Below, piece after piece: positions 1-10,108 of a DNA stretch of 64,000 nucleotides (the first letter of the stretch is position 1; each line of letters begins with the position of its first letter). The DNA comes from an uncultured Desulfatitalea sp. (GTDB taxonomy: Bacteria > Desulfobacterota > Desulfobacteria > Desulfobacterales > Desulfosarcinaceae), in NCBI GenBank assembly GCA_963668675.2, contig CAXXMB010000002.1, positions 1,952,001-2,016,000 on the forward strand. The letters run 5' to 3'. Under the pieces are notes generated by a model. The model did no database searches and had not been told where the DNA came from. It worked only from the letters and a program-made list of their open reading frames with translations. The position numbers and the translations under genes are program-made.

Positions 1-2448
1 GCTTTACCTGAGATCGAGAAGGTGGAGCTTGATAACAACGCATACGGCATCAAATACCGGATGCTGCGCGAGATGCCGAAACAAAAGTTCCTGCTCTACC
101 ACGAAGGTCCCCAGCCTCCCGATTTGGATAACTGGCTGCTGGATGTGCAGCTATCCCAGGGCGATTTTCGTACCGATCAGGTGGGTATCTGGCTCTCGGA
201 ACTTGAGCTTGGACTGGAGTTTGCCGATGTGGTGCAGGCCCATGCAGAGTTTTACCAGGCCAACCGCCGGAAAGAGGACCTGAAAGCAATTATGGCGTCA
301 GATGACACCCATGGACAGATCCGGCTGAAGATGCTGGCTGTGTGTGCAGGGTGTAAATCCGACCCGCGCATGGATACTGTAGTGGTGAACTTGCTACAGG
401 AGCTCGCGGACGGACGGGACGACAAGATGAAACTGGTTATGCGTTGCGGGCTTGATACATTCCTGTATGATCAGCTGTTTCGCCTCTATGAGTACGCTTC
501 AACGGAAAAAAGTCTCCGGGATTTTTCGCTTCGTATTTTTAAAGATTGTTATGAGATGGAGGTTGATCAGGCGCAATACTCTGAGAACAGAAAGCGGGAT
601 CGAGACGAGAGATTAGCGCCTTCACGCATGTCATTGGACATTCAAGTGTTTCTTAAGCACTGGAAAGACAGTCGTAAATTTGAGGCCGGTTACGAAACGC
701 TCTCGAGTGAATGTGCGGAGGTGCTTTGTATCGAACAGGATTTGGCCAAGCGCGATTTTCGGGAATTGATCGAACTGGATTATTTTCGGCTCATTGACCA
801 GAAGATCATTAGCGAGCTGGTCAAAGCCGTTTCTGCCCGCACGGTTTCCGCCGGGGATGTCTCCGTGTGGGTTCGCCAGCGACGACAGGGACATTGGTAC
901 CTGGAATACCGGCACCTGTACAAAGCGATCGATTTTGCTGCACAGTTCATGCACGCCCTTGAGCAGACGAAACTAGACATGAACAGCCTTTCGGATGGTG
1001 TCGATAGGTATGTCCGATATTGGTTTAAGCTCGATCAACTCTATCGTAAATTCAACTACCATGTACGTATGTCCGGTCAGGCATCCTTGATGGGCGAACT
1101 GACCGATCAGGTTGAGAATCTCTATTCCAACAACTTTCTATTAAAGGTCAACAATCGTTGGCAGGGGTTGATGGATGAGACAGATAAATGGTTCGCACCG
1201 CCCACACCGATGCAAAAGAACTTTTTCGAACATTGGGTTCGGCCTTTTCTTAAGAAAGACAACAAGGTTTGCGTTATCATCTCCGATGCCATGCGCTATG
1301 AAATTGGTGATGAACTGATCGGTCTTATTCGCAAGGAAGACCGATATGGCGCTGAGCTCAAGGCGGCCTTGTCCATGTTGCCGAGTTATACCCAACTCGG
1401 CATGGCGGCACTTCTGCCCAACAATGAATTGGAGATTTCAGAAAACGAAACCGGCAAGGTTATTGTGGATGGCCTCAGTTCACAAGGCACTGCCAATCGT
1501 ATCAAAATCTTAGGCCAAGCGCTATCTCAACGAACGGCGATCTGCAAATCAAATGAACTTATGGCGCTGAACAAGGAAGAGTGCCGGGCGTTGGTGCGGG
1601 AGCATGATGTTATATACATTTATCATAACCATATCGATGCTACCGGTGATAAGCGGGATTCCGAAGAACGGGTACTTGAGGCGGTCGAAGAGACGCTGCA
1701 AGAGATCATTCGGATGATCAAGAAGCTTACTGCAGCAAATGCAACCAATTTACTGGTAACGTCAGACCATGGATTTATCTATCAAAACCGTGCCATTGAC
1801 GAGAGTGACTTTTCCGGGTGTGATGCTGAAGGCGACCAGATACTGTTCCGTGACCGTCGTTTTGTGATCGGCAAGGGCTTGAAAGAGATGCCTGGCTTGA
1901 AGAAATTTTCCTGCTCACAACTTGGCCTTACCGGCCAGGTTGAGGTTCAAATTCCAAAATCGATTAATCGCTTGCGGCTGAAGGGCTCCGGCAGCAGGTT
2001 CGTTCACGGCGGGGCTTCACTGCAGGAAGTAGTCATACCGGTAATTCAAATAAACAAGAAACGGCAGAGCGATATTTCAGCCGTTGAAGTGCAGATTATG
2101 CCGGGTGCAAGCTCAGTAATCACCTCCGGACAGATTGCAGTGGCCTTTTATCAGGTTCAACCCGCCACCGAGAAGGTGCAGCCAAGAACCATCAGGGCAG
2201 GCATCTACACCCAAGCGGGCGATCTTATCTCAGATAGCCATGAGCTGATGTTTGATTTTACCTCGGAAAATAGCAGGGAGCGAGAGCTCCAGGTCCGCTT
2301 TGTGCTCACTCGGAAGGCAGACGAGGCCAATGGCCAGGAGGTCGTTTTACGCTTGGATGAAAAACATGCGGGCACATCGCATTACAAAGAATACAAGTCA
2401 ACTCGGTATTCGATGCGGCGTTCGTTTACCAGTGATTTTGATTTTTAG
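1..2448 (+). CDS. pglZ: BREX PglZ alkaline-phosphatase-domain protein (5' truncated by window)
   Basis: Frame open from position 1; motifs IISDAMRYE, LPSYTQLGMAALLP, TSDHGF, FVHGGASLQE; followed by brxL. Confidence 0.93.
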   Translation, partial: ALPEIEKVELDNNAYGIKYRMLREMPKQKFLLYHEGPQPPDLDNWLLDVQLSQGDFRTDQVGIWLSELELGLEFADVVQAHAEFYQANRRKEDLKAIMASDDTHGQIRLKMLAVCAGCKSDPRMDTVVVNLLQELADGRDDKMKLVMRCGLDTFLYDQLFRLYEYASTEKSLRDFSLRIFKDCYEMEVDQAQYSENRKRDRDERLAPSRMSLDIQVFLKHWKDSRKFEAGYETLSSECAEVLCIEQDLAKRDFRELIELDYFRLIDQKIISELVKAVSARTVSAGDVSVWVRQRRQGHWYLEYRHLYKAIDFAAQFMHALEQTKLDMNSLSDGVDRYVRYWFKLDQLYRKFNYHVRMSGQASLMGELTDQVENLYSNNFLLKVNNRWQGLMDETDKWFAPPTPMQKNFFEHWVRPFLKKDNKVCVIISDAMRYEIGDELIGLIRKEDRYGAELKAALSMLPSYTQLGMAALLPNNELEISENETGKVIVDGLSSQGTANRIKILGQALSQRTAICKSNELMALNKEECRALVREHDVIYIYHNHIDATGDKRDSEERVLEAVEETLQEIIRMIKKLTAANATNLLVTSDHGFIYQNRAIDESDFSGCDAEGDQILFRDRRFVIGKGLKEMPGLKKFSCSQLGLTGQVEVQIPKSINRLRLKGSGSRFVHGGASLQEVVIPVIQINKKRQSDISAVEVQIMPGASSVITSGQIAVAFYQVQPATEKVQPRTIRAGIYTQAGDLISDSHELMFDFTSENSRERELQVRFVLTRKADEANGQEVVLRLDEKHAGTSHYKEYKSTRYSMRRSFTSDFDF

Positions 2449-2462
2449 AAAGCAGGCGAACA

Positions 2463-4529
2463 ATGAATGAACTGGACTTAAAAATAAACAAACATTTCCC
2501 AGGGCTCGTTGTCCGTAAGGATCTTGTTAAAACGGTCAAGGGCAATGCCATCGTCCCCTCCTATGTGCTGGAATACCTGCTGGGGCAGTATTGCGCAACC
2601 AGCGATGAAGCCACAATTCAGAGTGGTATCGAGACGGTTAAGGAAATTCTGGCCAAGCACTATGTGCATCGAAATGAGGCAAGGTTAGTCCGGTCCAAAA
2701 TCAAGGAGAAGGGGCGTTACAAGGTCATTGATAAAATCAGCGTTGACCTTAACGATAAAACAGATGTTTACGAGGCTGCTTTTGAGAATCTGGGCATCAA
2801 AAAGATTGTCATCGATTCCGGTACGATCAAAAAACACCCGAAGCTGTTAGTCGGTGGGGTCTGGTGCATCTGTGATATCGAGTACTCTTTTTATGAAGAT
2901 AGCAACACGCCACCTTGGATCTTATCATCTCTCAAGCCTATTCAGCTTTCTCACTTCAATTACGAAAGCTATATCGACGCAAGGAAGGAATTCACCACTG
3001 AAGAATGGATAGACGTCCTACTTCAAAGCATAGGGCTGAATCCGGCGGTTTTCGGACGGCGCAGTAAAATCATTCAGCTGGTTCGTCTAATTCCGTTCTG
3101 TGAACGCAACTACAATTTAATTGAACTCGGCCCAAAAGGCACTGGAAAGTCACATATCTATTCGGAGTTCTCGCCGCATGGAACCTTAGTGTCTGGTGGT
3201 GAGGCAACGCTTGCAAAGCTCTTCATAAATAACACTACAGGTAAAATTGGATTGGTGGGATATTGGGATGTGGTGGCGATGGATGAATTTGCCGGAAGCA
3301 GCAAAAAACCCGACATCAAACTCATTGACACGCTGAAAAACTATATGGCCAACAAATCGTTCAACCGGGGCACCGGCCCACAGGGCGCTGAGGCTTCGAT
3401 GGTCTATATCGGCAATACATCCCACAACGTACCGTATATGCTTAAGCACGACAATCTTTTCATGGATTTGCCCAAAAGCTACCGCAATGCAGATGGACAA
3501 GCCATCCTAGACCGGCTGCATTGGTTTCTTCCGGGCTGGGAAATGGAGAACCTTCGTAACGAGATGTTTTCCAGCGGATATGGTTTCGTCGTGGACTACC
3601 TTGCGGAAATCCTGCGATCACTTAGAAATTATGACTATTCAGATCGGTACAATGAGCACTTCTCCCTTTCCCCTGATATATCAACTCGCGACCGAGACGG
3701 TATCAACAAGACATTCTCCGGCCTGATGAAAATCCTTTTTCCGCATGAAGGTGCCTTAATAAAAGAGATTGAAGAGGTGTTGGTGTTTGCCATTGAAGGC
3801 CGAAAAAGAGTCAAAGATCAGCTCATGCGCATCGATTCAACCTATGCTGATGTTAATTTCGTTTACCTGGATTCTTCTGAAAAACCTATCCTTGTTAGGA
3901 CTCTTGAGGAAAAAGAATACCCCCATTATTATAGCAAAACGACCAATGAAATGGATAACGGAGCACCCGAGCAAAACGATGGCCTATCTGAGCCCGAAGC
4001 CGATCAGCCGGACAATCAAACACAAGAAGCCTCCTTGCCAAAAGAGGGTCATTTAACCTTTCAAGAGAACCAGCGAGGGGTTTCATTCGATTCTTTGATG
4101 GGACCCTACCTGCACGGTGCAAGCAAAATAACCGTCACAGACCCCTACATTCGATTGTTTTTCCAGGTTCGAAATTTTATGGAATTTCTTGAAACGATCG
4201 CGAAATACAAGTCAAAGGATGAAGAGGTGTCTGTTCATTTAATAACTATCGAGGATGAATTCAAAGGGGAACAGCAGAAGGAATATTTCCAAAAAATCAA
4301 GGAGTCGAGCAATGCCGTCGGAATTGATTTTACGTGGGAATTCGATCAAACCGGCACCATTCACGCCCGCCACATTGTGACCGACCATGGCTGGAAAATC
4401 GCACTCGACCGTGGCCTCGATATTTTTCAACACTATGAGATGAACGACGCTTTTACATTTTCCAATCGTTTACAGCAATATCGACCATGCAAAGCCTTTG
4501 AGGTTACTTTTATTAAAAATGAATCTTAA
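2463..4529 (+). CDS. brxL: BREX BrxL AAA+ protein with C-terminal MIT_C/PLD-like domain
   Basis: VPSYVLEYLLGQYC N-terminus, Walker A GPKGTGKS, Walker B VVAMDE; C-terminus DPYIR...IHARHIVTDHGWKIALDRGLDIFQ. Confidence 0.9.
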   Translation: MNELDLKINKHFPGLVVRKDLVKTVKGNAIVPSYVLEYLLGQYCATSDEATIQSGIETVKEILAKHYVHRNEARLVRSKIKEKGRYKVIDKISVDLNDKTDVYEAAFENLGIKKIVIDSGTIKKHPKLLVGGVWCICDIEYSFYEDSNTPPWILSSLKPIQLSHFNYESYIDARKEFTTEEWIDVLLQSIGLNPAVFGRRSKIIQLVRLIPFCERNYNLIELGPKGTGKSHIYSEFSPHGTLVSGGEATLAKLFINNTTGKIGLVGYWDVVAMDEFAGSSKKPDIKLIDTLKNYMANKSFNRGTGPQGAEASMVYIGNTSHNVPYMLKHDNLFMDLPKSYRNADGQAILDRLHWFLPGWEMENLRNEMFSSGYGFVVDYLAEILRSLRNYDYSDRYNEHFSLSPDISTRDRDGINKTFSGLMKILFPHEGALIKEIEEVLVFAIEGRKRVKDQLMRIDSTYADVNFVYLDSSEKPILVRTLEEKEYPHYYSKTTNEMDNGAPEQNDGLSEPEADQPDNQTQEASLPKEGHLTFQENQRGVSFDSLMGPYLHGASKITVTDPYIRLFFQVRNFMEFLETIAKYKSKDEEVSVHLITIEDEFKGEQQKEYFQKIKESSNAVGIDFTWEFDQTGTIHARHIVTDHGWKIALDRGLDIFQHYEMNDAFTFSNRLQQYRPCKAFEVTFIKNES

Positions 4530-4992
4530 ACCCTACATTAATCGTTCAACATGAGGATAATGCTCGGCGTTCGAAATATGTCATACAACATATAGGGTTT
4601 ATTTTTTGTAGGATATAAATGAGATAGCCGAATATGTGATACGAGAATAATGTCTATAGTGCGCTTCAAATCTAATTAATTCTCTTCTCTTCGAAGATGC
4701 ACACCTGCCTTATTGCATTCATACCCCTCCAATACTCACTCATTACACAATCAGAAAGATCTACACTTCCCCAAATAATATCCCCCAGAACCGGTCATTT
4801 CTGATACAAAACCGCGATTTCGACAGTACTAAAAATCCAATTTTGAAAAAGATTTCCCTCCAAAACCACCCCCCATCAAGCATTCAACCACCCAAATCCA
4901 TCATATTCCAAACCATCTATATATATAGATTCCTGAAGTCATCCGCCTGTTTTCAATTTTCAAAACCTTCCAACAAACCAAGGAGGCAATCC

Positions 4993-5337
4993 ATGCTCAA
5001 TTCATGCGTTCTAACCGGCAACCTGGGCGCCGACCCCGAGATTTTCTATTCAAGCGACGGCGATCCGATTGCCACATTCAACCTGGCCTTCCGATCATCC
5101 AAGAAAAAGACCGGCTGGATCAAAGTCACATGCTTTAACAAACTTGCAGACATCACAGAGCGCCATCTGCATAAGGGTGCACGTATCGCCGTTGTTGGCA
5201 CTCTCGATCAAAACAAATGGGAGACAGACGAGGGCGTAACACGATCAACCTATCAACTGATCGCAAACTCCATCGAATTCATCAAAACCGACGGCAGGGG
5301 ATTCAACGACAACCAATCCGACGATGTTCCCATCTAA
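4993..5337 (+). CDS. ssb: Single-stranded DNA-binding protein
   Basis: MLNSCVLTGNLGADPE...KGARIAVVGTL, acidic tail SDDVPI; AGGAGG RBS before ATG 4993. Confidence 0.92.
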   Translation: MLNSCVLTGNLGADPEIFYSSDGDPIATFNLAFRSSKKKTGWIKVTCFNKLADITERHLHKGARIAVVGTLDQNKWETDEGVTRSTYQLIANSIEFIKTDGRGFNDNQSDDVPI

Positions 5338-5351
5338 AAACAAGGAGGGCG

Positions 5352-5489
5352 ATGAAAAAGCGAACCGTAGAATTGATCATCGCAATAGGCCTGGAGCTAC
5401 TGGACTGGCTATCCATCATACTATCAGAAAAACGAAGGAGTAAAACCAATGACAGCGAAAGAGCTTCAAAAGAGAAACGGCAAAGCTGA
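5352..5489 (+). CDS. Small hypothetical protein (45 aa, hydrophobic N-terminal helix)
   Basis: AAGGAGGG RBS before ATG 5352; MKKRTVELIIAIGLELLDWLSIIL...; overlaps next gene by 41 nt. Confidence 0.45.
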   Translation: MKKRTVELIIAIGLELLDWLSIILSEKRRSKTNDSERASKEKRQS

Positions 5490-6429
5490 GCAGTTGAAAG
5501 TCCTTCAAAGCGAGGACGGACAATTCTTTGTTGAAAGCGGAGAGGGCAAGATCCTTTACAACGTGGTTTTAAATGACAGCGGAGACTCATGCACGTGTGG
5601 AGATTGGGCCAAGAACAGCAAACGAGACCCCAACTTTCACTGCAAACACATCCTGGCCGTATACAACGCCATCCCCAAAAAGCAGGTTGAAAGCGCCACC
5701 TTCCTGGAAAAACCAATGGCCCGGTTGGACGAACGCTGGATCACCAAGATCGAGGGAAGGGAGTTCGTCAAATATCCGGGCCTGTTGGATCTCGCGCATC
5801 AAAAAGGCATCTCAAGCATCGAAGTGGAAATCGTCCAGATGCCCACCAAGGAGAATGGGAATTTTGCCGTATGCCGGGCGACCGTTATGAGCAAGGTGGG
5901 GGAGACCTATTCCGACATCGGAGACGCATCACCAGCTAACACCAACAGTAAGGTGTCAAAGCATCTCCTGCGAATGGCCAGCACCCGTGCCATTGCCAGA
6001 GCACTTCGATCCTATACCAATGTGGGCATGACGGCATTGGAAGAACTCGCAGACTTCAATGAAATAACAACCGAAGGAGGACAGCATGCAAATCCTGCAA
6101 AACCTAAAACCACGAAAAAAGCTGTACCGAAAACCCAGAAAAAGGCGGTGGCTCCTGCTGCAAAGCAAAAAGCAGACCCAGAACCGGTGGCATCTGCCGT
6201 GGAAAAGCAGGCCCAAAAAGAGTCGTCTGGCAAGGATGATCCAAAGGATAGTGCCCGCCCTGGGATGAGCGAGGCCCAACGGCGTGCCATTTTCAACCTG
6301 TCCAGGCGCCGGGGCATCAGCGTGGATGAGATCAAGTCCATGGCAGAACAATCCTACGGTGTGGAGTTCGACAACCTAACGGCAACTGATGCATCGGCGT
6401 TCATCCGACAACTGCAGACAGCGGCGTAA
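5449..6429 (+). CDS. SWIM zinc finger + Rad52/Sak-like single-strand annealing domain protein
   Basis: SWIM CTCGD...CKH; Rad52-like segment GREFVKYPGLL...AVCRATV...DIGDA...RMASTRAIARALR; low-complexity linker; small C-terminal helical domain. Confidence 0.7.
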   Translation: MTAKELQKRNGKAEQLKVLQSEDGQFFVESGEGKILYNVVLNDSGDSCTCGDWAKNSKRDPNFHCKHILAVYNAIPKKQVESATFLEKPMARLDERWITKIEGREFVKYPGLLDLAHQKGISSIEVEIVQMPTKENGNFAVCRATVMSKVGETYSDIGDASPANTNSKVSKHLLRMASTRAIARALRSYTNVGMTALEELADFNEITTEGGQHANPAKPKTTKKAVPKTQKKAVAPAAKQKADPEPVASAVEKQAQKESSGKDDPKDSARPGMSEAQRRAIFNLSRRRGISVDEIKSMAEQSYGVEFDNLTATDASAFIRQLQTAA

Positions 6430-6435
6430 CCTAAT

Positions 6436-6516
6436 TAAAGCATATCATTATCCTATGCTTTATCGAAGGCGGTAGGCGGAACCTAACTGTGACTGTCTGG
6501 GAACCTACCGCCTTCG
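6436..6516. repeat. Two adjacent perfect inverted repeats (9-bp and 13-bp stems)
   Basis: TAAAGCATA/TATGCTTTA (6436-6462) and CGAAGGCGGTAGG/CCTACCGCCTTCG (6464-6476, 6504-6516). Confidence 0.8.
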
Positions 6517-6574
6517 TGTATAAAAATCCGCCGTATGCAGCGCTTTTAGAATCAACCTAACAAGGAGATTGAAA

Positions 6575-7402
6575 ATGGTTTTAAGTGAGCTTAGGCAAAC
6601 GCCCCACCTATCGGCATCGAGCATAAATGAATATGTCGAGTGCTCTTTGCTGTATAGGTTCGGCAGGATCGACAAGCTGCCTATGGAATTCAAGTCGGAT
6701 GCCTTGGAGTTTGGCACCTGCATCCATCGAGTGCTTGAAGAATATTACAGCGCCAGGATGATCGGCGACCGGATGCTGTTAAAGGATGTGCATGAGTACT
6801 TCGTATTCAAATGGTTGGAGATTGCCAAAGGTCGCACCGATATCAAATATGCCGACGGAAACGATTACAATTCATACCTGATGTACGGAAGAGACCTTCT
6901 TACCGCCTGGTACAATAAACTTCCCGATGACGATTTTACCATCCTGGCCATAGAGGAAGCATTCAGTTTCAACCTGCCGGGTATCGATATTCCCATCATC
7001 GGCGCAATGGATCTGGTCGAACAGGACAGCTCCGGCACCATCATCATTACGGATTTCAAGACATCGGGTCGGGCCTACTCAAAAGACGAAGTGGACCAGA
7101 ACCAGCAGCTGACCATGTATCAGATCGCCGCCAAGCAAAACGGTTATGGCGATCATGAGATCCTGCTGCGCTTCGATACCTTGATCAAGACCAAGACCCC
7201 GAAGTTCGAACAATACTGGACCACCCGTACCGAGCTTGATGAACTGCGCCTGATCAAAAAGGCCAGGCAGGTGTGGGACGGGATCTCAAAGGAAGTGTTC
7301 GTACCCAACGATACCAGCTGGAAGTGTAAAGGGTGCGCATACAAACAGGCCTGTGACGCCTATCTGGAAGGAGAAGAGTATGACCAAGCGAGCAATCAAT
7401 AA
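6575..7402 (+). CDS. PD-(D/E)XK nuclease, AddB/RecB/Cas4-like, probable Fe-S cluster
   Basis: LSASSINEYVEC, GTCIH, E...GAMDLV...IITDFKTS, QLTMY, C-terminal CKGCAYKQAC. Confidence 0.88.
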   Translation: MVLSELRQTPHLSASSINEYVECSLLYRFGRIDKLPMEFKSDALEFGTCIHRVLEEYYSARMIGDRMLLKDVHEYFVFKWLEIAKGRTDIKYADGNDYNSYLMYGRDLLTAWYNKLPDDDFTILAIEEAFSFNLPGIDIPIIGAMDLVEQDSSGTIIITDFKTSGRAYSKDEVDQNQQLTMYQIAAKQNGYGDHEILLRFDTLIKTKTPKFEQYWTTRTELDELRLIKKARQVWDGISKEVFVPNDTSWKCKGCAYKQACDAYLEGEEYDQASNQ

Positions 7403-7664
7403 TGTTCAGGAGTTTTTGACCTTCATGCAGTCGGATGGTGATCGGGTCTATCAAATCGTCAACGTAGAGCTGCTGCTCAGGAGACATCCTCCCGATGCAG
7501 TCATCACCTTTTTGCAGGAGCTTCACAAGGATTATGGAAAGGCCCTGTCCAAGATTATCAGAGAGGACAAGACCAGTTCCCAGATCAATGAGTTGGTGGC
7601 CAAACGGTTCAGGATCAAGATGGCGATCAACACCATCCGTAACCTTGAAAAGGAGGCGGCATGA
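7380..7664 (+). CDS. Hypothetical protein (94 aa)
   Basis: AAGGAG RBS; overlaps both neighbours (ATGA overlap with helicase). Confidence 0.7.
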   Translation: MTKRAINNVQEFLTFMQSDGDRVYQIVNVELLLRRHPPDAVITFLQELHKDYGKALSKIIREDKTSSQINELVAKRFRIKMAINTIRNLEKEAA

Positions 7665-9538
7665 GCGAATTGAATCCAAAACAAAGGGAGGCCGCACAGT
7701 TTAAAGATGGCATTGCCGCTGTGATAGCTGTTCCGGGATCAGGTAAGACGCGCACCATGATGGAAAGGATCGGCATCCTGGTCAATGAATACGGCATTCC
7801 CCCAGAACATATCCTCGGTCTGACCTTTACCAGGAATGCAGCGGACGAGATGAGATCACGATTGGTGCCGGTATTGGGAGATCTGTCATCAAGAGTCCGA
7901 TTGTCGACCATACACTCATTCTGCCTGCACCTGCTTAAAGTCGAAGGTCGCGTGTTTGAGATCCTATCCGGCAAGGAGCAGCTGGTGTTCATCAAGAATG
8001 TCATGAAACGTTTGCGGGTAAAGGATCTGACTGTTGGAACCGTCCTAAGAGAAATCTCCCTGTCCAAGAATAACATCATCGATCCGGTGGAGTTTAAAGA
8101 GCTTTTCTACGGCGATAAAACCATGATGCAGATCGGCGACATCTACCAGGCGTATGACAAAGCAAAAGAGGAGAAGCTACTGCTGGATTTCGATGACCTG
8201 CTGTTAGAAGCATATTACCTGCTGCGCGACAATGATGAGGTTCGGGAGCAATACCAGGGAAGCTTTCAATCCATACTCGTAGACGAATTTCAAGACACCA
8301 ACCCGGTGCAGTTCGAGTTGCTGCGGCTGTTGATTCGAGAAGACGGCAATCATGACGCATCGAGTTTCTGGGTGGCCGGCGATGACCATCAGGCAATCTA
8401 TTCATTTACTGGAGCCTCCGTTGGCAACATCCTTAACTTTCAGTCCATGTTCCCTGGATCCCGTCAGTTCATCCTGGATCTGAACTATCGTAGTACACCT
8501 CAGATCCTAACTGCATGCCAGAACCTGATCCAGCATAACATCAAGCAGATTCATAAGGAATTAAAGACCGACAATCCGGATGGGGATGATGTCGTTGTGC
8601 TGGAGGCGTCGAATGAAGAAACTGAATCAATGGGCGTGGTCAATGAAATCGTGGATCTGGTCGAACGCCTCGGGTATCAATACAGTGACATTGCCGTGCT
8701 GTATCGGGCAAACTTCCAGAGCCGGTATGTGGAAGAGGCCTTCCTGCAAAACAAGATTCCGTATCACATTCAAAGCGGGCGGACATTCTATGATCGATTC
8801 GAGGTCAAGTGTCTGCTGGACTATATGCGAGTGATCAACGCTCCCGGGACAGATGAAGCAGATGAGGCGCTACTGAATATCCTCAATGTGCCGGTCAGGT
8901 ATGTCAGCAACAAGATCAAAGATCAGCTCAAATCATATTGCAGGCAGCATGGCATTCATCTCTACGAGGGTTTGAAGTCGATGGTTATTGCGGTGCCGTT
9001 CGTCCGCAAGCTGGTCAAAGAGATGGTGGCGTTCATGGATCCATTAATAGAACAATCCGAAACACTGGAACCGGTGCAGGTCATTCAAAAGATCCGGACC
9101 ACGTTCGATTATGATCGCTTTATCGTGGACGAGGATATTCCCAGTCCCGATGACGTAAAGATATCGAACATCAACCAACTGCAATTGGCGGCCGCCCGGT
9201 ATTCAACCATTGGTGCCTTTCTTGACTACACGGACAGCTTTCAGGATGAAGCCATTGCCGATGATAAAGAAGGTGTGTCCTTGATGACCGTGCATAAGGC
9301 AAAAGGTCTGGAGTTTCCCGTGGTATTCGTAATCGGTCTGGTCGAAGGATTGATGCCCAGCGGTAAAGGCAACCTGGAAGAAGAGCGCCGGATCTGCTTT
9401 GTGGCCATATCCAGGGCAATGCGCATGCTGTTTGTATCGTATCCGTTGAACTATCTGGGCCAGCCTGCCAAAAAATCCCAGTTCCTGGATGAAATGCTTG
9501 GCAATCATCAAAGCACCAACCAACAATCAGCCGCTTAA
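7661..9538 (+). CDS. UvrD/PcrA/Rep family superfamily 1 DNA helicase
   Basis: PGSGKT, LTFTRNAA, STIHSF, LVDEFQDTN, GDDHQAIYSF, NYRST, MTVHKAKGLEF, EERR. Confidence 0.95.
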   Translation: MSELNPKQREAAQFKDGIAAVIAVPGSGKTRTMMERIGILVNEYGIPPEHILGLTFTRNAADEMRSRLVPVLGDLSSRVRLSTIHSFCLHLLKVEGRVFEILSGKEQLVFIKNVMKRLRVKDLTVGTVLREISLSKNNIIDPVEFKELFYGDKTMMQIGDIYQAYDKAKEEKLLLDFDDLLLEAYYLLRDNDEVREQYQGSFQSILVDEFQDTNPVQFELLRLLIREDGNHDASSFWVAGDDHQAIYSFTGASVGNILNFQSMFPGSRQFILDLNYRSTPQILTACQNLIQHNIKQIHKELKTDNPDGDDVVVLEASNEETESMGVVNEIVDLVERLGYQYSDIAVLYRANFQSRYVEEAFLQNKIPYHIQSGRTFYDRFEVKCLLDYMRVINAPGTDEADEALLNILNVPVRYVSNKIKDQLKSYCRQHGIHLYEGLKSMVIAVPFVRKLVKEMVAFMDPLIEQSETLEPVQVIQKIRTTFDYDRFIVDEDIPSPDDVKISNINQLQLAAARYSTIGAFLDYTDSFQDEAIADDKEGVSLMTVHKAKGLEFPVVFVIGLVEGLMPSGKGNLEEERRICFVAISRAMRMLFVSYPLNYLGQPAKKSQFLDEMLGNHQSTNQQSAA

Positions 9539-9617
9539 AACCCAGCAGAACCGCTTCAGCACTCGTTCTCTGTATCATCCATATCCCAATGACAATAGAC
9601 CAAAAAGGAGGTCCCAC

Positions 9618-10094
9618 GTGGAGTTTCAACTGATTCATTTCAGAGACGCAGACAAGATCATCGAGGAAAAGGTCATGGTTTCAGATGTAGCCATGACCAT
9701 GGAATACGTCTTTAACACCCTGCAAGGCTCTTTGTATCGCGGAGAACTGCTTCGAATGGCCCTTGATGAGATGGGATGGCGAGAAAATGGCGCGCTGAAT
9801 GTGTTGCCTGGTCGCCGCTATCAATACAAAGGATTCAAACGGGGAGTCGCCATCGATGGGAGTTTTGCCGCTTACGAATATATCATCGAAGGCCTGATGC
9901 GTCTTCAGATCGGATTCGACAAGGGAAATGTTGAATCTGGGATATTAATGCTGACCGCCAAACGCAGCGAGAACAGTCCCTATGGCGATATCGTGGGCAT
10001 GGTTACTGAAGATGTTGAATCACTCTATCCGACGATATCCATGCCGGTATCGATCTGTCTGTTTGACCTGGGAGAACCATATCTGCCCGAATAG
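9618..10094 (+). CDS. BglII/BstYI-like restriction-endonuclease-fold protein, possibly degenerate
   Basis: AAGGAGG RBS before GTG 9618; pattern FKRGVAIDGSF..YEY..EGLMRLQIGFDKGNVESGILM...MPVSICLFDL. Confidence 0.5.
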   Translation: MEFQLIHFRDADKIIEEKVMVSDVAMTMEYVFNTLQGSLYRGELLRMALDEMGWRENGALNVLPGRRYQYKGFKRGVAIDGSFAAYEYIIEGLMRLQIGFDKGNVESGILMLTAKRSENSPYGDIVGMVTEDVESLYPTISMPVSICLFDLGEPYLPE

Positions 10095-10108
10095 CTGGAG
10101 GTGAGGAC

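Noticed and set aside
6575..7402. CRISPR-associated Cas4 / CRISPR locus
   Set aside because: No cas1/cas2 or effector genes and no repeat-spacer array seen anywhere in the window.
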